The notes below the pieces were generated by a model, which saw nothing but the letters and a program-made list of their open reading frames with translations, did not search any database and was not told the DNA's origin. From the NCBI GenBank assembly GCA_011372875.1, contig DSAD01000216.1:1-52652 (forward strand): a stretch of 52,652 nt of DNA, in the 5' to 3' direction. Positions within the stretch are counted from its first letter, which is position 1. Each line of letters starts with the position of its first letter. Below are positions 14,864 to 23,846 of the stretch, one piece after another. The stretch is from Deltaproteobacteria bacterium (GTDB lineage Bacteria; Desulfobacterota; Desulfomonilia; UBA1062). Position numbers and translations under genes: made by a program.

Positions 14864-16603
14864 ATGAAAAGATTCGCATTTCTTCTCGCCGCTTTCATGA
14901 TGCTTGTTTCCTCAAGCCTGTCTGCCGCGGATGAGGTGACGCTGAGTCTTGACAGGACAGAGGCGACAACAGCCGATTCCGTGAAGATGACCGTGGGTAT
15001 ATCCGTATCAGGACACAGCGGTTCTCCGGTGATTCAAGGGATCACGGATTTTCATATAAGTCCGGGCGGCACCTCCACGAATATCGAGTTTGTCAATGGC
15101 AGGATGAGTAAACGCACGGACTATATCTATTATATCCAGCCGGTAAAACCAGGCACCTATCATATAGGACCTGCCGAGGTAAGAATAGGCGGCAGGGCCT
15201 ACAGAAGCAATACCGTGGAACTCCTGGTCAGCAAGGCCTCTGATGCAGCAGGGCAGCCCCCGGAGCAGGTTTTTTTGAAGGCCGAGGTATCAAAGAAACG
15301 ATCCTATGTTCAGGAGCCCCTTATCTACCTGCTGAAACTGTACCGCAGGCTCGAGGTGGGCAATCTTTCCCTGAACCTTCCCGAAATAAGCGACCTGAAC
15401 TTCAGAAAGCTCGGGGATCCTCTTGAATACCAGAGCAATTATGCAGGGCAGCAGTACAACGTGCTCGAGCTGCGCTACGAGATAGTGGCCGAGCATGCCG
15501 GAAAATACACCATCGAAGGCGCATCCATGGGCATGACCGTGTACGAGCCCAGGACCTCCCGGACCAGATCCCCTTTCAGCGACCCCTTCTTCATGTTCTC
15601 ATCAGGCAGGCCCGCAAAGTTCACGAGCGATGCCATCGAGCTTGAGATAGTGCCGCTTCCGACCGAGGGCAGGCCGGATGATTTCAGCTCGCTTGTCGGT
15701 ACCTACGAGATCGCCTCATCAGTCGAACCTGCCGGGATCGCCTGGGGTGAGTCAGCCTCACTTACCGTTACGTTAAGCGGTGCCGGCAATGTGACGTGCA
15801 TGCCCGACATCGAGCTTCCAGGAATCAAGCAGGTAAAGGTCTATGCGGATCAGCCGGTCCTTGAGACCAGACCGACGGCAAGAGGTTTTGAAGGGACCAA
15901 GACCATGAAGTGGGCCCTTGTGCCGCAGGCTGAAGGCACCTTCGTGATCCCTTCGGTGAAGGTGAATTTCTTTGACAGCGCCCAGGACAGATACAGGACA
16001 ATCAGTACAGAACCTCAGGTCCTCACCGTATCGCCCCGGTTGGAGCCGGCACCTGATACTGCAGGTGATGCGGGTCTTTCCGGAAAGGCGGGTCCTGTAA
16101 AGAGCCGGGTAGAGGAACTGGGCAGGGATATCCTGCCGAATCACACCTCCATGAAAGACCTTTCAGGCGGACTTTACCGGACGCCGAAAGGCATGTTCTT
16201 CTGGCTGTGGGTGCTGCTGCCTCCTTTGGCGTACGCAGCCGCAGCGCTTGTCATGAGATTCCACAAAAGATCGCATGAACAGCTCTCACGCATCAGGAGC
16301 AGGGGGGCGCTCAAGGTGTTCGTAAAGAGGTGCAGGCATAAGGAGATGAATGCTGTTGAACTCATCGATGCCCTTGAAGAGTATTTCAACAGCCGCTTTG
16401 TCCTTTCGCTTGGTACATTGACCCCGGATGAGGCCGGAAAGATCCTGAAGAAGAGAGGTGTATCGCAAGACACCTGCTTAGAGATGATGGATGCACTTGC
16501 CATGCTGCACGATGCTGTCTATACAGGCCGGGGAGAAAAACGCCTTGATCTCGGGGACGATCTGGTAAGGATCTTGAAAAAGGCGGAAAAGGAGTTTGGA
16601 TGA
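14864..16603 (+). CDS. batD: BatD-family (oxygen tolerance) protein
   Basis: I prefer the start at MKRFAFLLAAFMMLVSSSLSA (ATG at 14864, 2 nt after the batC stop), a signal peptide. The body is a large beta-rich domain. A C-terminal TM reads FFWLWVLLPPLAYAAAALV. Confidence 0.8.
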   Translation: MKRFAFLLAAFMMLVSSSLSAADEVTLSLDRTEATTADSVKMTVGISVSGHSGSPVIQGITDFHISPGGTSTNIEFVNGRMSKRTDYIYYIQPVKPGTYHIGPAEVRIGGRAYRSNTVELLVSKASDAAGQPPEQVFLKAEVSKKRSYVQEPLIYLLKLYRRLEVGNLSLNLPEISDLNFRKLGDPLEYQSNYAGQQYNVLELRYEIVAEHAGKYTIEGASMGMTVYEPRTSRTRSPFSDPFFMFSSGRPAKFTSDAIELEIVPLPTEGRPDDFSSLVGTYEIASSVEPAGIAWGESASLTVTLSGAGNVTCMPDIELPGIKQVKVYADQPVLETRPTARGFEGTKTMKWALVPQAEGTFVIPSVKVNFFDSAQDRYRTISTEPQVLTVSPRLEPAPDTAGDAGLSGKAGPVKSRVEELGRDILPNHTSMKDLSGGLYRTPKGMFFWLWVLLPPLAYAAAALVMRFHKRSHEQLSRIRSRGALKVFVKRCRHKEMNAVELIDALEEYFNSRFVLSLGTLTPDEAGKILKKRGVSQDTCLEMMDALAMLHDAVYTGRGEKRLDLGDDLVRILKKAEKEFG

Positions 16604-17364
16604 GAAGGACTGTCATCGCGATACTGTCCGTAGTATTCATTGCTTTTTCCTTGGCGGTTATCGGACTCGCTCAGGATCACTCTGCTGAAGAGGTGTTTTA
16701 CCGGGCGAACCAGGCCTATAAGCAGGGTGATTTTACTCAAGCGGCACAAGCCTATGGTCAACTCATCGAGATGGGGTATGCAAACGGTCATCTCTATTAC
16801 AATCTGGGCAATTCTTTTTTCAGGTCGGGTCAGGAAGGAAAGGCGATTCTGATGTACGAACGCGCATATCTGCTGATGCCGAGGGACGCGGACCTCCTTT
16901 TCAACATGAACTATGTGAAGGACCAGAGGGTCGACGCCCTCCAGGAGGGACAAGGCGTTCTTGCTTCGACGTTCTTCTGGCTCAATTCGCTGAACCTGGC
17001 CGAGTTCTACCGGGTTTTTGTCATCTGCAATCTCCTTTTGTTTACCGCTTTGATCCTGCGTTTGTTCATGAATCCGTCATGGATGCCGCCGCTTATCATT
17101 ACAGCCGCCTTTGTCTGGTCTGCAGTCGCAGGCTCTGTTGCCATGAAATGGTATCAGGTGAACTTCGATGACCGGGCGGTTGTCCTTGAAAAGGAGATGG
17201 ATGTCCTTTCCGGCCCGCAAGAAGGTGACACGGTCCTTTTCAGGCTTCACGAGGGAACGATCGTGTATGAGGAAAGGACCGAAGACCAGTGGGTGCTCAT
17301 ACAGCTGAGTGCGGACAAGCGCGGGTGGGTACGTGCCGAGAGCATCGAAGGGGTCAGGATGTAG
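16600..17364 (+). CDS. batE: TPR plus SH3b protein, BatE-like
   Basis: An N-terminal TM is followed by TPR repeats (YRANQAYKQGDFTQAAQAY, YNLGNSFFRSGQEGKA), more TM segments and a C-terminal SH3b-like string (VLFRLHEGTIVYEERTEDQWVLIQLSADKRGWVRAESI). It has an ATGA overlap with batD. Confidence 0.75.
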   Translation: MRRTVIAILSVVFIAFSLAVIGLAQDHSAEEVFYRANQAYKQGDFTQAAQAYGQLIEMGYANGHLYYNLGNSFFRSGQEGKAILMYERAYLLMPRDADLLFNMNYVKDQRVDALQEGQGVLASTFFWLNSLNLAEFYRVFVICNLLLFTALILRLFMNPSWMPPLIITAAFVWSAVAGSVAMKWYQVNFDDRAVVLEKEMDVLSGPQEGDTVLFRLHEGTIVYEERTEDQWVLIQLSADKRGWVRAESIEGVRM

Positions 17365-17380
17365 ATTGGTCAGGCCGTCG

Positions 17381-17953
17381 TCAGAAGGCCTGGTCAAGAT
17401 CGAGCTGTGCAAATTCATTACCGCATGAGAATCTGTCCCACAGCTCCTTGAGATCTGCATCAGGCAGAAAGCCGCTGTTCAGGTCTTTGATGCGCGTCAG
17501 TTCGATGCAGACTGCATGCGATGCCAGTTTCACGGCCTCAGCAATCTTGAAGGGAGATCCGTTGCCGGCAGAGCACTCTTTCATCAGCCGGGCAGCGGCC
17601 TTTGCCATATTGTCCTTGAGAATGCCGAGGACATTTTCATTGATAACGCGATGAATGAACTGTAATCCCGGGGTATCCGATTTGCCCATATCGGTGTTTT
17701 TGACCGAGGACAGCAGTGCGCGCAGGGGGAATATGTTATAGGCGCTCGAAGACGCCTCTTCATAAAGGTCCTCTATATCGGATTTGGAAAGCTCCACGCC
17801 TGACTTTGCGGATTCTTCCACCTTTTCGATCAGGTACACGAGAGGTTCGATGTATACGAGATATTCATGCACAATGGCATCGATGAGTTCTTCCACGTAA
17901 TGCCCCCTGACCCGGGAAGTGTATCCTCGGATGCGTTTCTTTGACAATACCAT
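17381..17953 (-). CDS. Hypothetical protein with no motif I recognise
   Basis: This is a 190-aa acidic, helix-rich ORF, convergent with batE and 160 nt downstream of copA. There is no SD before the ATG at 17953. An in-frame GTG at 17896 is preceded by AGGGGG 6 nt upstream and may be the true start. Confidence 0.45.
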   Translation of the reverse strand: MVLSKKRIRGYTSRVRGHYVEELIDAIVHEYLVYIEPLVYLIEKVEESAKSGVELSKSDIEDLYEEASSSAYNIFPLRALLSSVKNTDMGKSDTPGLQFIHRVINENVLGILKDNMAKAAARLMKECSAGNGSPFKIAEAVKLASHAVCIELTRIKDLNSGFLPDADLKELWDRFSCGNEFAQLDLDQAF

Positions 17954-18037
17954 GGGTGAGGGGTTTTAATCTACAGGATTGTCTGCAGTTGCGGATGAAT
18001 GTGTCTTCTATGGACACTCTTTTACTTTTTCCGCAAA

Positions 18038-18096
18038 ATCGCGGCAAAAGGGCGCTCCCGCAGGTTTTATCCCTTCTCTGATGCAGAATGTGGGTT
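18038..18096. repeat. REP-like element, copy D (single unit)
   Basis: atcgcggcaaaagggcgctcccgcaggttttatcccttctctgatgcagaatgtgggtt aligns along its whole length with the right unit of copy B (4349-4407). It lies 18 nt from the copA stop codon. Confidence 0.8.
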
Positions 18097-18113
18097 AAAT
18101 ATCCGCCTTCTGA

Positions 18114-20369
18114 TCAGCCCTGCACCCGGTAACGCCTCAGCCGCAGCGAGTTGGTAACAACGCTCACCGAGCTCATGGCCATGGCACCGGCTGCTATCAT
18201 CGGGTTGAGCAGGCCAAGGGCTGCAAGGGGTATACCGATAACATTGTAGAAAAAGGCCCAGAAAAGGTTCTGCCGGATGGTGCCCATGGTCTTTCGTGAA
18301 AGCATGATGGCATCAGCCACGCCACCCAGATCACCCTTCATAAGGGTGATATCTGCTGTTTCGATTGCCACGTCAGTCCCGCTGCCTATCGCAATACCCA
18401 CATCAGCCTGTGCCAGTGCCGGTGCATCGTTCACGCCGTCACCCACCATGGCAACACGCTGTCCGGATTCTTTCAGTGCCTGTACCGCAGCGGCCTTGTC
18501 CGCAGGGAGCACCGCTGCACGCACATTAACGATACCCACCTGAGCAGCTACTGCCTCGGCAGTCACCTGGGTGTCACCGGTAAGCATAAGCACGTCGATC
18601 CCCATCGACTTGAGCCGGCTTACAGCCTCTTTTGCGCCAGGCTGTACAATATCGACAAGAGCGATTATTCCTGCCAGGGTTTTGCCTTGAGCAACATACA
18701 TCACGGTTCTGCCGGTCCGGGCAAGCTTTTCATGCTGTTCCACGGCTGAGCTTATGTCAATGCCCAGGGTTTCCATGTAGGCCCGGTTGCCGACATTGAC
18801 CCTGGTCCCTTCGACCATGGCTGTCACTCCCTGACCCGGTACAGATGAGAACTCACTCACTGGTGCAGGGGTAATGCCGTTTTCGAGGGCGTACTGAACC
18901 ACGGCCCTGCCCAGCGGATGCTCCGAGCCGTTTTCCGCTGCAGCAGCCCAGATGAGCAGTTTCGTGGAAGCATAACCATTAAGTGCCACTATGTCGGTAA
19001 GGGTTGGGATGCCTCTGGTGATGGTGCCGGTCTTGTCGAGGATAACGGTCTGGACGCTGTGAGCCATCTCGAGGCTCTGGGCATTCTTGATAAGTATGCC
19101 ATGGGCTGCGCCAGAGCCTGTCCCCACCATGATGGCCGTGGGTGTGGCCAGTCCGAGTGCGCAGGGGCAGGCTATAATAAGCACGGCTATAAAGTTGATC
19201 ATGGATGGGGTAAAACCGATATGACCCACTACATACCACAGGATAAAGGTGATGATGGCGATCGTTATCACCGTGGGCACGAAGATAGAGGCCACCTTGT
19301 CCGCAAAACCCTGAACAGGGGCCTTGGAACCCTGTGCCTGGCGCACGAGCTCGACTATTCTGGCGATAACGGTTTCTTCGCCCACGGCAGTGGCCCTGAA
19401 CACGATGCGGCCGGTGGTGTTGATGGTTCCGCCGATCACCTTGTCCCCCTCTGCGCGATCCACAGGCATGCTCTCGCCAGTGACCATGGACTCGTCAATG
19501 GCGCTTACCCCGCTCAGGATGATCCCGTCCACCGGGACCCGTCCGCCGGGGCGCACCACAATGGTGTCACCCTTGACAACCTCGTCCGCAGGGATATCAA
19601 TCTCTCGGTCTTCCCTCAAGACAATGGCGGTTTCCGGCCTTAAATCCATGAGCCTGGAAATTGCCTCGGTGGTACGGCTCTTGGCCCGCGCTTCCAGCAG
19701 TTTGCCGAGAAGGATGAGCGTGATGATGGTAGAGGCCGTGTCAAAGTAGACATGTGGATGGCCCGTGATGCCGAGAACCTGTGGAAACAGCACGGCAGTC
19801 GTGCTGTAGACATAGGCTGCGCCTGTGCCTACTGCCACCAAGGTGTTCATGTCCGCGCTAAAGTGACGCAGGGCATTGAAGGCGCCCTCGAAAAAGCGTT
19901 TTCCCGGACCGAGCATTATCAGGGTTGTTGCGATGAACAGCAGCTTATCAAGACTTTCCAGGCTCATGGGGAGCCGGCTGTTCACAGCAGGAATCATACT
20001 CAGCATGCTGGCGAGCATCACTGGCAGGGCCAGGCTGAGGCTGAAGATAAAATCCTTTTTCAGCTTTTCATAATTTGCCAGATGCAGCTCATCGATTGCT
20101 GCCTTCTGGTCTTTGCCCCCCTTTGCAGGCAGATGAAGGGTATAGCCGGAATCCTTGACCGCCTTTGCAACGTTTTCAAGATCAACACGCTCAGTATCAA
20201 ATGAAAAGGTTACCTCTTCGGTAGCCAGATTGACGTGCAGGTCTTCGATACCCTCGATCCTGCCCATTGCCTTTTCGACACGAGCCACGCAGCTGGCACA
20301 CGTCATGCCTTCCACCGGCAGGGTTAGTGTTTTGTGTCCTTTTGATTGATCCATAGCAGTCCCCTTCAT
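18114..20369 (-). CDS. copA: Copper-translocating P1B-type ATPase
   Basis: One HMA domain (GMTCASC), the CPC motif in ACPCALGLATP, DKTGTIT, MLTGD and GDGVNDAPAL. I prefer the start at MKGTAMDQ (ATG at 20369, GGAG 10 nt upstream). The ORF-track start at 20444 would overlap copZ. Confidence 0.9.
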   Translation of the reverse strand: MKGTAMDQSKGHKTLTLPVEGMTCASCVARVEKAMGRIEGIEDLHVNLATEEVTFSFDTERVDLENVAKAVKDSGYTLHLPAKGGKDQKAAIDELHLANYEKLKKDFIFSLSLALPVMLASMLSMIPAVNSRLPMSLESLDKLLFIATTLIMLGPGKRFFEGAFNALRHFSADMNTLVAVGTGAAYVYSTTAVLFPQVLGITGHPHVYFDTASTIITLILLGKLLEARAKSRTTEAISRLMDLRPETAIVLREDREIDIPADEVVKGDTIVVRPGGRVPVDGIILSGVSAIDESMVTGESMPVDRAEGDKVIGGTINTTGRIVFRATAVGEETVIARIVELVRQAQGSKAPVQGFADKVASIFVPTVITIAIITFILWYVVGHIGFTPSMINFIAVLIIACPCALGLATPTAIMVGTGSGAAHGILIKNAQSLEMAHSVQTVILDKTGTITRGIPTLTDIVALNGYASTKLLIWAAAAENGSEHPLGRAVVQYALENGITPAPVSEFSSVPGQGVTAMVEGTRVNVGNRAYMETLGIDISSAVEQHEKLARTGRTVMYVAQGKTLAGIIALVDIVQPGAKEAVSRLKSMGIDVLMLTGDTQVTAEAVAAQVGIVNVRAAVLPADKAAAVQALKESGQRVAMVGDGVNDAPALAQADVGIAIGSGTDVAIETADITLMKGDLGGVADAIMLSRKTMGTIRQNLFWAFFYNVIGIPLAALGLLNPMIAAGAMAMSSVSVVTNSLRLRRYRVQG

Positions 20370-20376
20370 GCCCTGC

Positions 20377-20580
20377 TCACTCCATAAGCCTGAATCCGGC
20401 TTCCTCGACTGCCTTTCTGAGCGCGGCCTCGTCTGTCTCCTCACCGCTGAATGATATATCTGCCTTACCGATCTCCACGGAATTGAGCGTGAGACCCCTG
20501 ACTTTTTCGAGTTCCTTTTTCAATGCCATGACACAATGGGAGCATGACATGCCTTGGATTCTCAAGGTACGTGTTTTCAT
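20377..20580 (-). CDS. copZ: Heavy-metal-associated copper chaperone
   Basis: The MxCxxC motif is present in GMSCSHC. AAGGAGG sits only 1 nt from the ATG at 20586 but 7 nt from the second ATG at 20580 (MKTRTL), so I call 20580 as the start. Confidence 0.8.
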   Translation of the reverse strand: MKTRTLRIQGMSCSHCVMALKKELEKVRGLTLNSVEIGKADISFSGEETDEAALRKAVEEAGFRLME

Positions 20581-20858
20581 GGTCATTCCTCCTTTATATC
20601 TGTTTTGTTAATATAATGTAGGGAACAGGGCAAGAAAAGTCGATACATAATTTTCTGTAATTGTTACATGATTCCCGGCTGACCATATGGCTGGATTCAA
20701 GACTGTCCTGGGCAGCCTGCAGATTCAGAAATGAAAGTGGCACCTTTTATATTATTATGGCCAATATGCAGATCCTCATGGATGCAGATCTCTGAAGAGA
20801 AATGCCCTATGCTGGGGTCTCGCCTGGACTGTTGAATCTATCCTTCTTGAAAAATTGC

Positions 20859-20892
20859 TTGACATGAATCTCGTTTAATTGGATTATCCAAT
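20859..20892 (+). promoter_or_regulatory. Candidate sigma70 promoter with an overlapping 7-1-7 palindromic operator upstream of the GntR gene
   Basis: TTGACA (20859-20864), a 17-nt spacer, then GATTAT (20882-20887). The perfect inverted repeat ATTGGAT-T-ATCCAAT (20878-20892) covers the -10. The GntR ATG is at 20896. Confidence 0.45.
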
Positions 20893-20895
20893 GCC

Positions 20896-21702
20896 ATGAA
20901 TGATGCTGTCCAAAAGAAAACTTCGACAGGCATAACCATACTGCAGGGAGATAAGCCTCTTCCAAGGAGGATAGCCCAGGCCCTTATGGCCCGTATCTTT
21001 GTGGGAGAGCTCAAACCCGGAGACCGTCTTCCCCCGGACCGCGTGCTCGCACAGCAGCTCGGTGTCGACCGGACCTCGCTCAGGGCCGCATTGAGCGAAC
21101 TTGCCGGCAGAAACATTGTCAGGGCAGTCAAGGGTTCCGGGGTTGTGGTTCTCGACTACAGGGAGCATGCCGGGCTCGATCTTCTCGATGCCGTGTTCGA
21201 CATGCCGGGCATCGATCTGGGAAGTGCTTTCAACCTTGAACTCCTGGATCACTGGATAGAAGTCATGCCGGCCATTGTAGAGGCGGCACTTCGGCATTCC
21301 GCCCCGGCCGACCTGGCCTTTATCGACATGCTCTTTGTCCGCCAGCTCGATCTTCTGGCACGGGGAGGAGCCAATAAAGATCTGGCCGTTATAGAGGTGC
21401 AGCTTCAGGATGAGATCGTAAGACTTGCCGGAAGCACCATACTGCGTCTGTTTGCAAACTCCATGAGGAGGTTCCGTATCCAGTTCAGCACTGCTTTCTT
21501 CAATACCATAAATGTCCGTGACCATGTTACAGCGCAGCGCACCCTGATCAATGATATCATGGCAGGAAGAGTCTCCCCCGAAGATGTCTCCGGGCAATAC
21601 CGGGCATATCTTGAGGAACATACGAAAATGCACCGGGAAAACATATCCCGGCTGCCGTCCAGCCCCTCTCTTAGTACAGACCGGGTAAAGGATGACACCT
21701 GA
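20896..21702 (+). CDS. GntR/FadR-family transcriptional regulator
   Basis: The N-terminal winged HTH reads GDRLPPDRVLAQQLGVDRTSLRAALSELAGRNIVRAVKGSGVVV. The C-terminus is helical and FCD-like. Confidence 0.85.
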   Translation: MNDAVQKKTSTGITILQGDKPLPRRIAQALMARIFVGELKPGDRLPPDRVLAQQLGVDRTSLRAALSELAGRNIVRAVKGSGVVVLDYREHAGLDLLDAVFDMPGIDLGSAFNLELLDHWIEVMPAIVEAALRHSAPADLAFIDMLFVRQLDLLARGGANKDLAVIEVQLQDEIVRLAGSTILRLFANSMRRFRIQFSTAFFNTINVRDHVTAQRTLINDIMAGRVSPEDVSGQYRAYLEEHTKMHRENISRLPSSPSLSTDRVKDDT

Positions 21703-21716
21703 AATGGAGGCACAGC

Positions 21717-23810
21717 ATGAATACGACAAAGACAAGGAGCATCTGTTTTGAATGCCACAGCAGATGCGGCGTGATCCTTGAGGTTCTAAACGGAAAACTC
21801 GCCGGGGTAAAAGGCGACCCGGACCACCCTCACAGCCATGGATACACCTGCCCCAAAGGCAGGGCAGCAGCCGAGATCATCTATCATCCCGAGCGTATCA
21901 CAAAGCCGCTGGTAAAGACAGGCGCCAGGACAGGTACGCGGTTTGAAGAGACCTCGTGGGATACGGCTCTCAATATAATCGCCGAAAAACTGCTTGCAAG
22001 CAGAGAAAAATGGGGTGCCGAATCCGTTGTCATAGGCACCGGCACAACCAGAGGCACGGCCCCTTACATCAACCGGTTCCTGACCCTGTTCGGCTCACCC
22101 AACTTCATGGCACCGTCCAACATGAGCGGCGGCCCGATTGTCCTGGGCAGTGCCGCCACCTGTGGGTTCGGCCTTGTGGACCCGGATTATGCAAACAGCA
22201 GTTGTATCCTTCTATGGGCACACAATCCGGAAGCATCCTGGCCCGGCCTTTACATGTACGATATCAGGGAAGGCCTCAAAAAAGGTGCAAAACTCATTGT
22301 TGTAGATCCCAGGGGTACGAGACTCGCAAAAAAGGCCGATCACTGGCTGCAGATTCGCCCTGGAACCGATGTGGCCCTGGCATTGTGCTTCATCAACATC
22401 ATTATAGAAAACAATCTCTATGACAGGGAGTTTGTCGAAAACTGGACCACAGGCTTCGATCAGCTCCGGGAGCATGTCTCAACATATACGCCAAAGCGCT
22501 GCGCCGAGATAACCTGGCTCAAGGAGCAGGATATAGTCGCTGCGGCCCTTTGCTTCGCAGGGCAGAGGCCTGCCGGCATAGGCCCTGGAATGGCTGGGGT
22601 TTGCCAGGCCAACGATGCATTCGACCTCTCCAGGGCTCTCACGATCCTTTCCGCCATAACCGGCAACCTGGAGGCAAAAGGAGGCAACCTGAACTGCGTG
22701 CCTCCGACCAGGAAGCGTTCCTGCTACGGCCCTGACTTTTCCGCATTTGACAATCTGCCCAGGGAGCAGGCACAGAAAAAACTCGGACTGGACAGGTTCC
22801 CGCTCATCGGTTTTATTCCCATCCCTTCCCCGCCGCAGGCAGTCTGGCCGGCAATAGAACACGGCAACCCCTATCCGGTGAAGGCAGCCGGGCTGTTCGC
22901 CAACAACAGCGTCTGCGCCTACCCGAACTCCCGGCATGTGAGTAACGCCCTGAGCTCGCTGGATTTCCTCTTTGCCGTGGACTATTTTCACACCCCGACC
23001 ACGGCCCTGGCAGATGTCATCCTGCCGCCTGCCCACTGGAGCGAGCGCGACGAGATCGAGGACCTGCTCATGAAAAACCACGTGTTCAGCCAGGTTAAGG
23101 CAGTAGAGCCCGTGCCCGAATGCAGGGATGAGAAGCAGATTCTTGTGGATCTTGCACAAAGTATGGGGCTTTCCGGATACTGGGGCTCGGTTCGTGAAGC
23201 CCTTGACTACCGGCTGGAACCCACAGGCATGACCTTCGAGGAGCTCAAAAAGCACGGGAAATTTGCAACACCTGTTACATATAAAGGGTATGAGAAGTAT
23301 GGCAAATTCCGCACCCCTTCGGGCAAGGTGGAGCTGTATGCAGAGTATCTCACCATGATGGGCATTTCCCCCCTGCCTAATTTCAAAGAACCCGACGAAG
23401 GCCCGGAAGTCAGCCCTCAGCTGTATGAAAAATATCCGCTTATCCTCACTACAGGCGGCAGGAATGTCGTTTACTACCACTCATCCCACCGCAATATCGA
23501 GTCACTCAGGAAGCGCGCCCCTGATCCCGAGCTCCAGATCCATCCGGATACAGCGCGCCGATACGGGATAGAAGACCACGACTGGATATACCTGTCCTCA
23601 CCCAGAGGCAGGGTCGAGATAAGGGCACGCTTCGATCATGACATGCACCCCGGAATAGTACATGCAGTGCATGGCTTCTGGTACGGGGTGGAAGACGGGT
23701 GGAAGAAACTCAACATCAACATGATCACCAATGATGAACCGCTGTGCCCGGTTACCGGGTCCGTGCCTATAAAGGCACTCCTGTGCAGTATTGAAAAGCG
23801 CCCGGAATAA
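21717..23810 (+). CDS. Cytoplasmic molybdopterin (Mo/W-bisPGD) oxidoreductase-family protein, substrate unknown
   Basis: The N-terminal 4Fe-4S motif is CFECHSRC...(27 residues)...C, and FGSPN-type and later MopB-like blocks follow. There is no twin-arginine signal. A GGAGG SD is present, and the gene starts 14 nt after the GntR stop. Confidence 0.8.
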   Translation: MNTTKTRSICFECHSRCGVILEVLNGKLAGVKGDPDHPHSHGYTCPKGRAAAEIIYHPERITKPLVKTGARTGTRFEETSWDTALNIIAEKLLASREKWGAESVVIGTGTTRGTAPYINRFLTLFGSPNFMAPSNMSGGPIVLGSAATCGFGLVDPDYANSSCILLWAHNPEASWPGLYMYDIREGLKKGAKLIVVDPRGTRLAKKADHWLQIRPGTDVALALCFINIIIENNLYDREFVENWTTGFDQLREHVSTYTPKRCAEITWLKEQDIVAAALCFAGQRPAGIGPGMAGVCQANDAFDLSRALTILSAITGNLEAKGGNLNCVPPTRKRSCYGPDFSAFDNLPREQAQKKLGLDRFPLIGFIPIPSPPQAVWPAIEHGNPYPVKAAGLFANNSVCAYPNSRHVSNALSSLDFLFAVDYFHTPTTALADVILPPAHWSERDEIEDLLMKNHVFSQVKAVEPVPECRDEKQILVDLAQSMGLSGYWGSVREALDYRLEPTGMTFEELKKHGKFATPVTYKGYEKYGKFRTPSGKVELYAEYLTMMGISPLPNFKEPDEGPEVSPQLYEKYPLILTTGGRNVVYYHSSHRNIESLRKRAPDPELQIHPDTARRYGIEDHDWIYLSSPRGRVEIRARFDHDMHPGIVHAVHGFWYGVEDGWKKLNINMITNDEPLCPVTGSVPIKALLCSIEKRPE

Positions 23811-23846
23811 GCTTATCAAAAAGATGAGGCAGAAAGTGAGAGGCCT

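Noticed and set aside
20738-20753. TGGCAC-CTTTT-ATATT upstream of the GntR gene, considered as a possible sigma54 -24/-12 promoter.
   Set aside because: The -12 element lacks the obligatory GC dinucleotide, and a much better sigma70 promoter lies 100 nt downstream.
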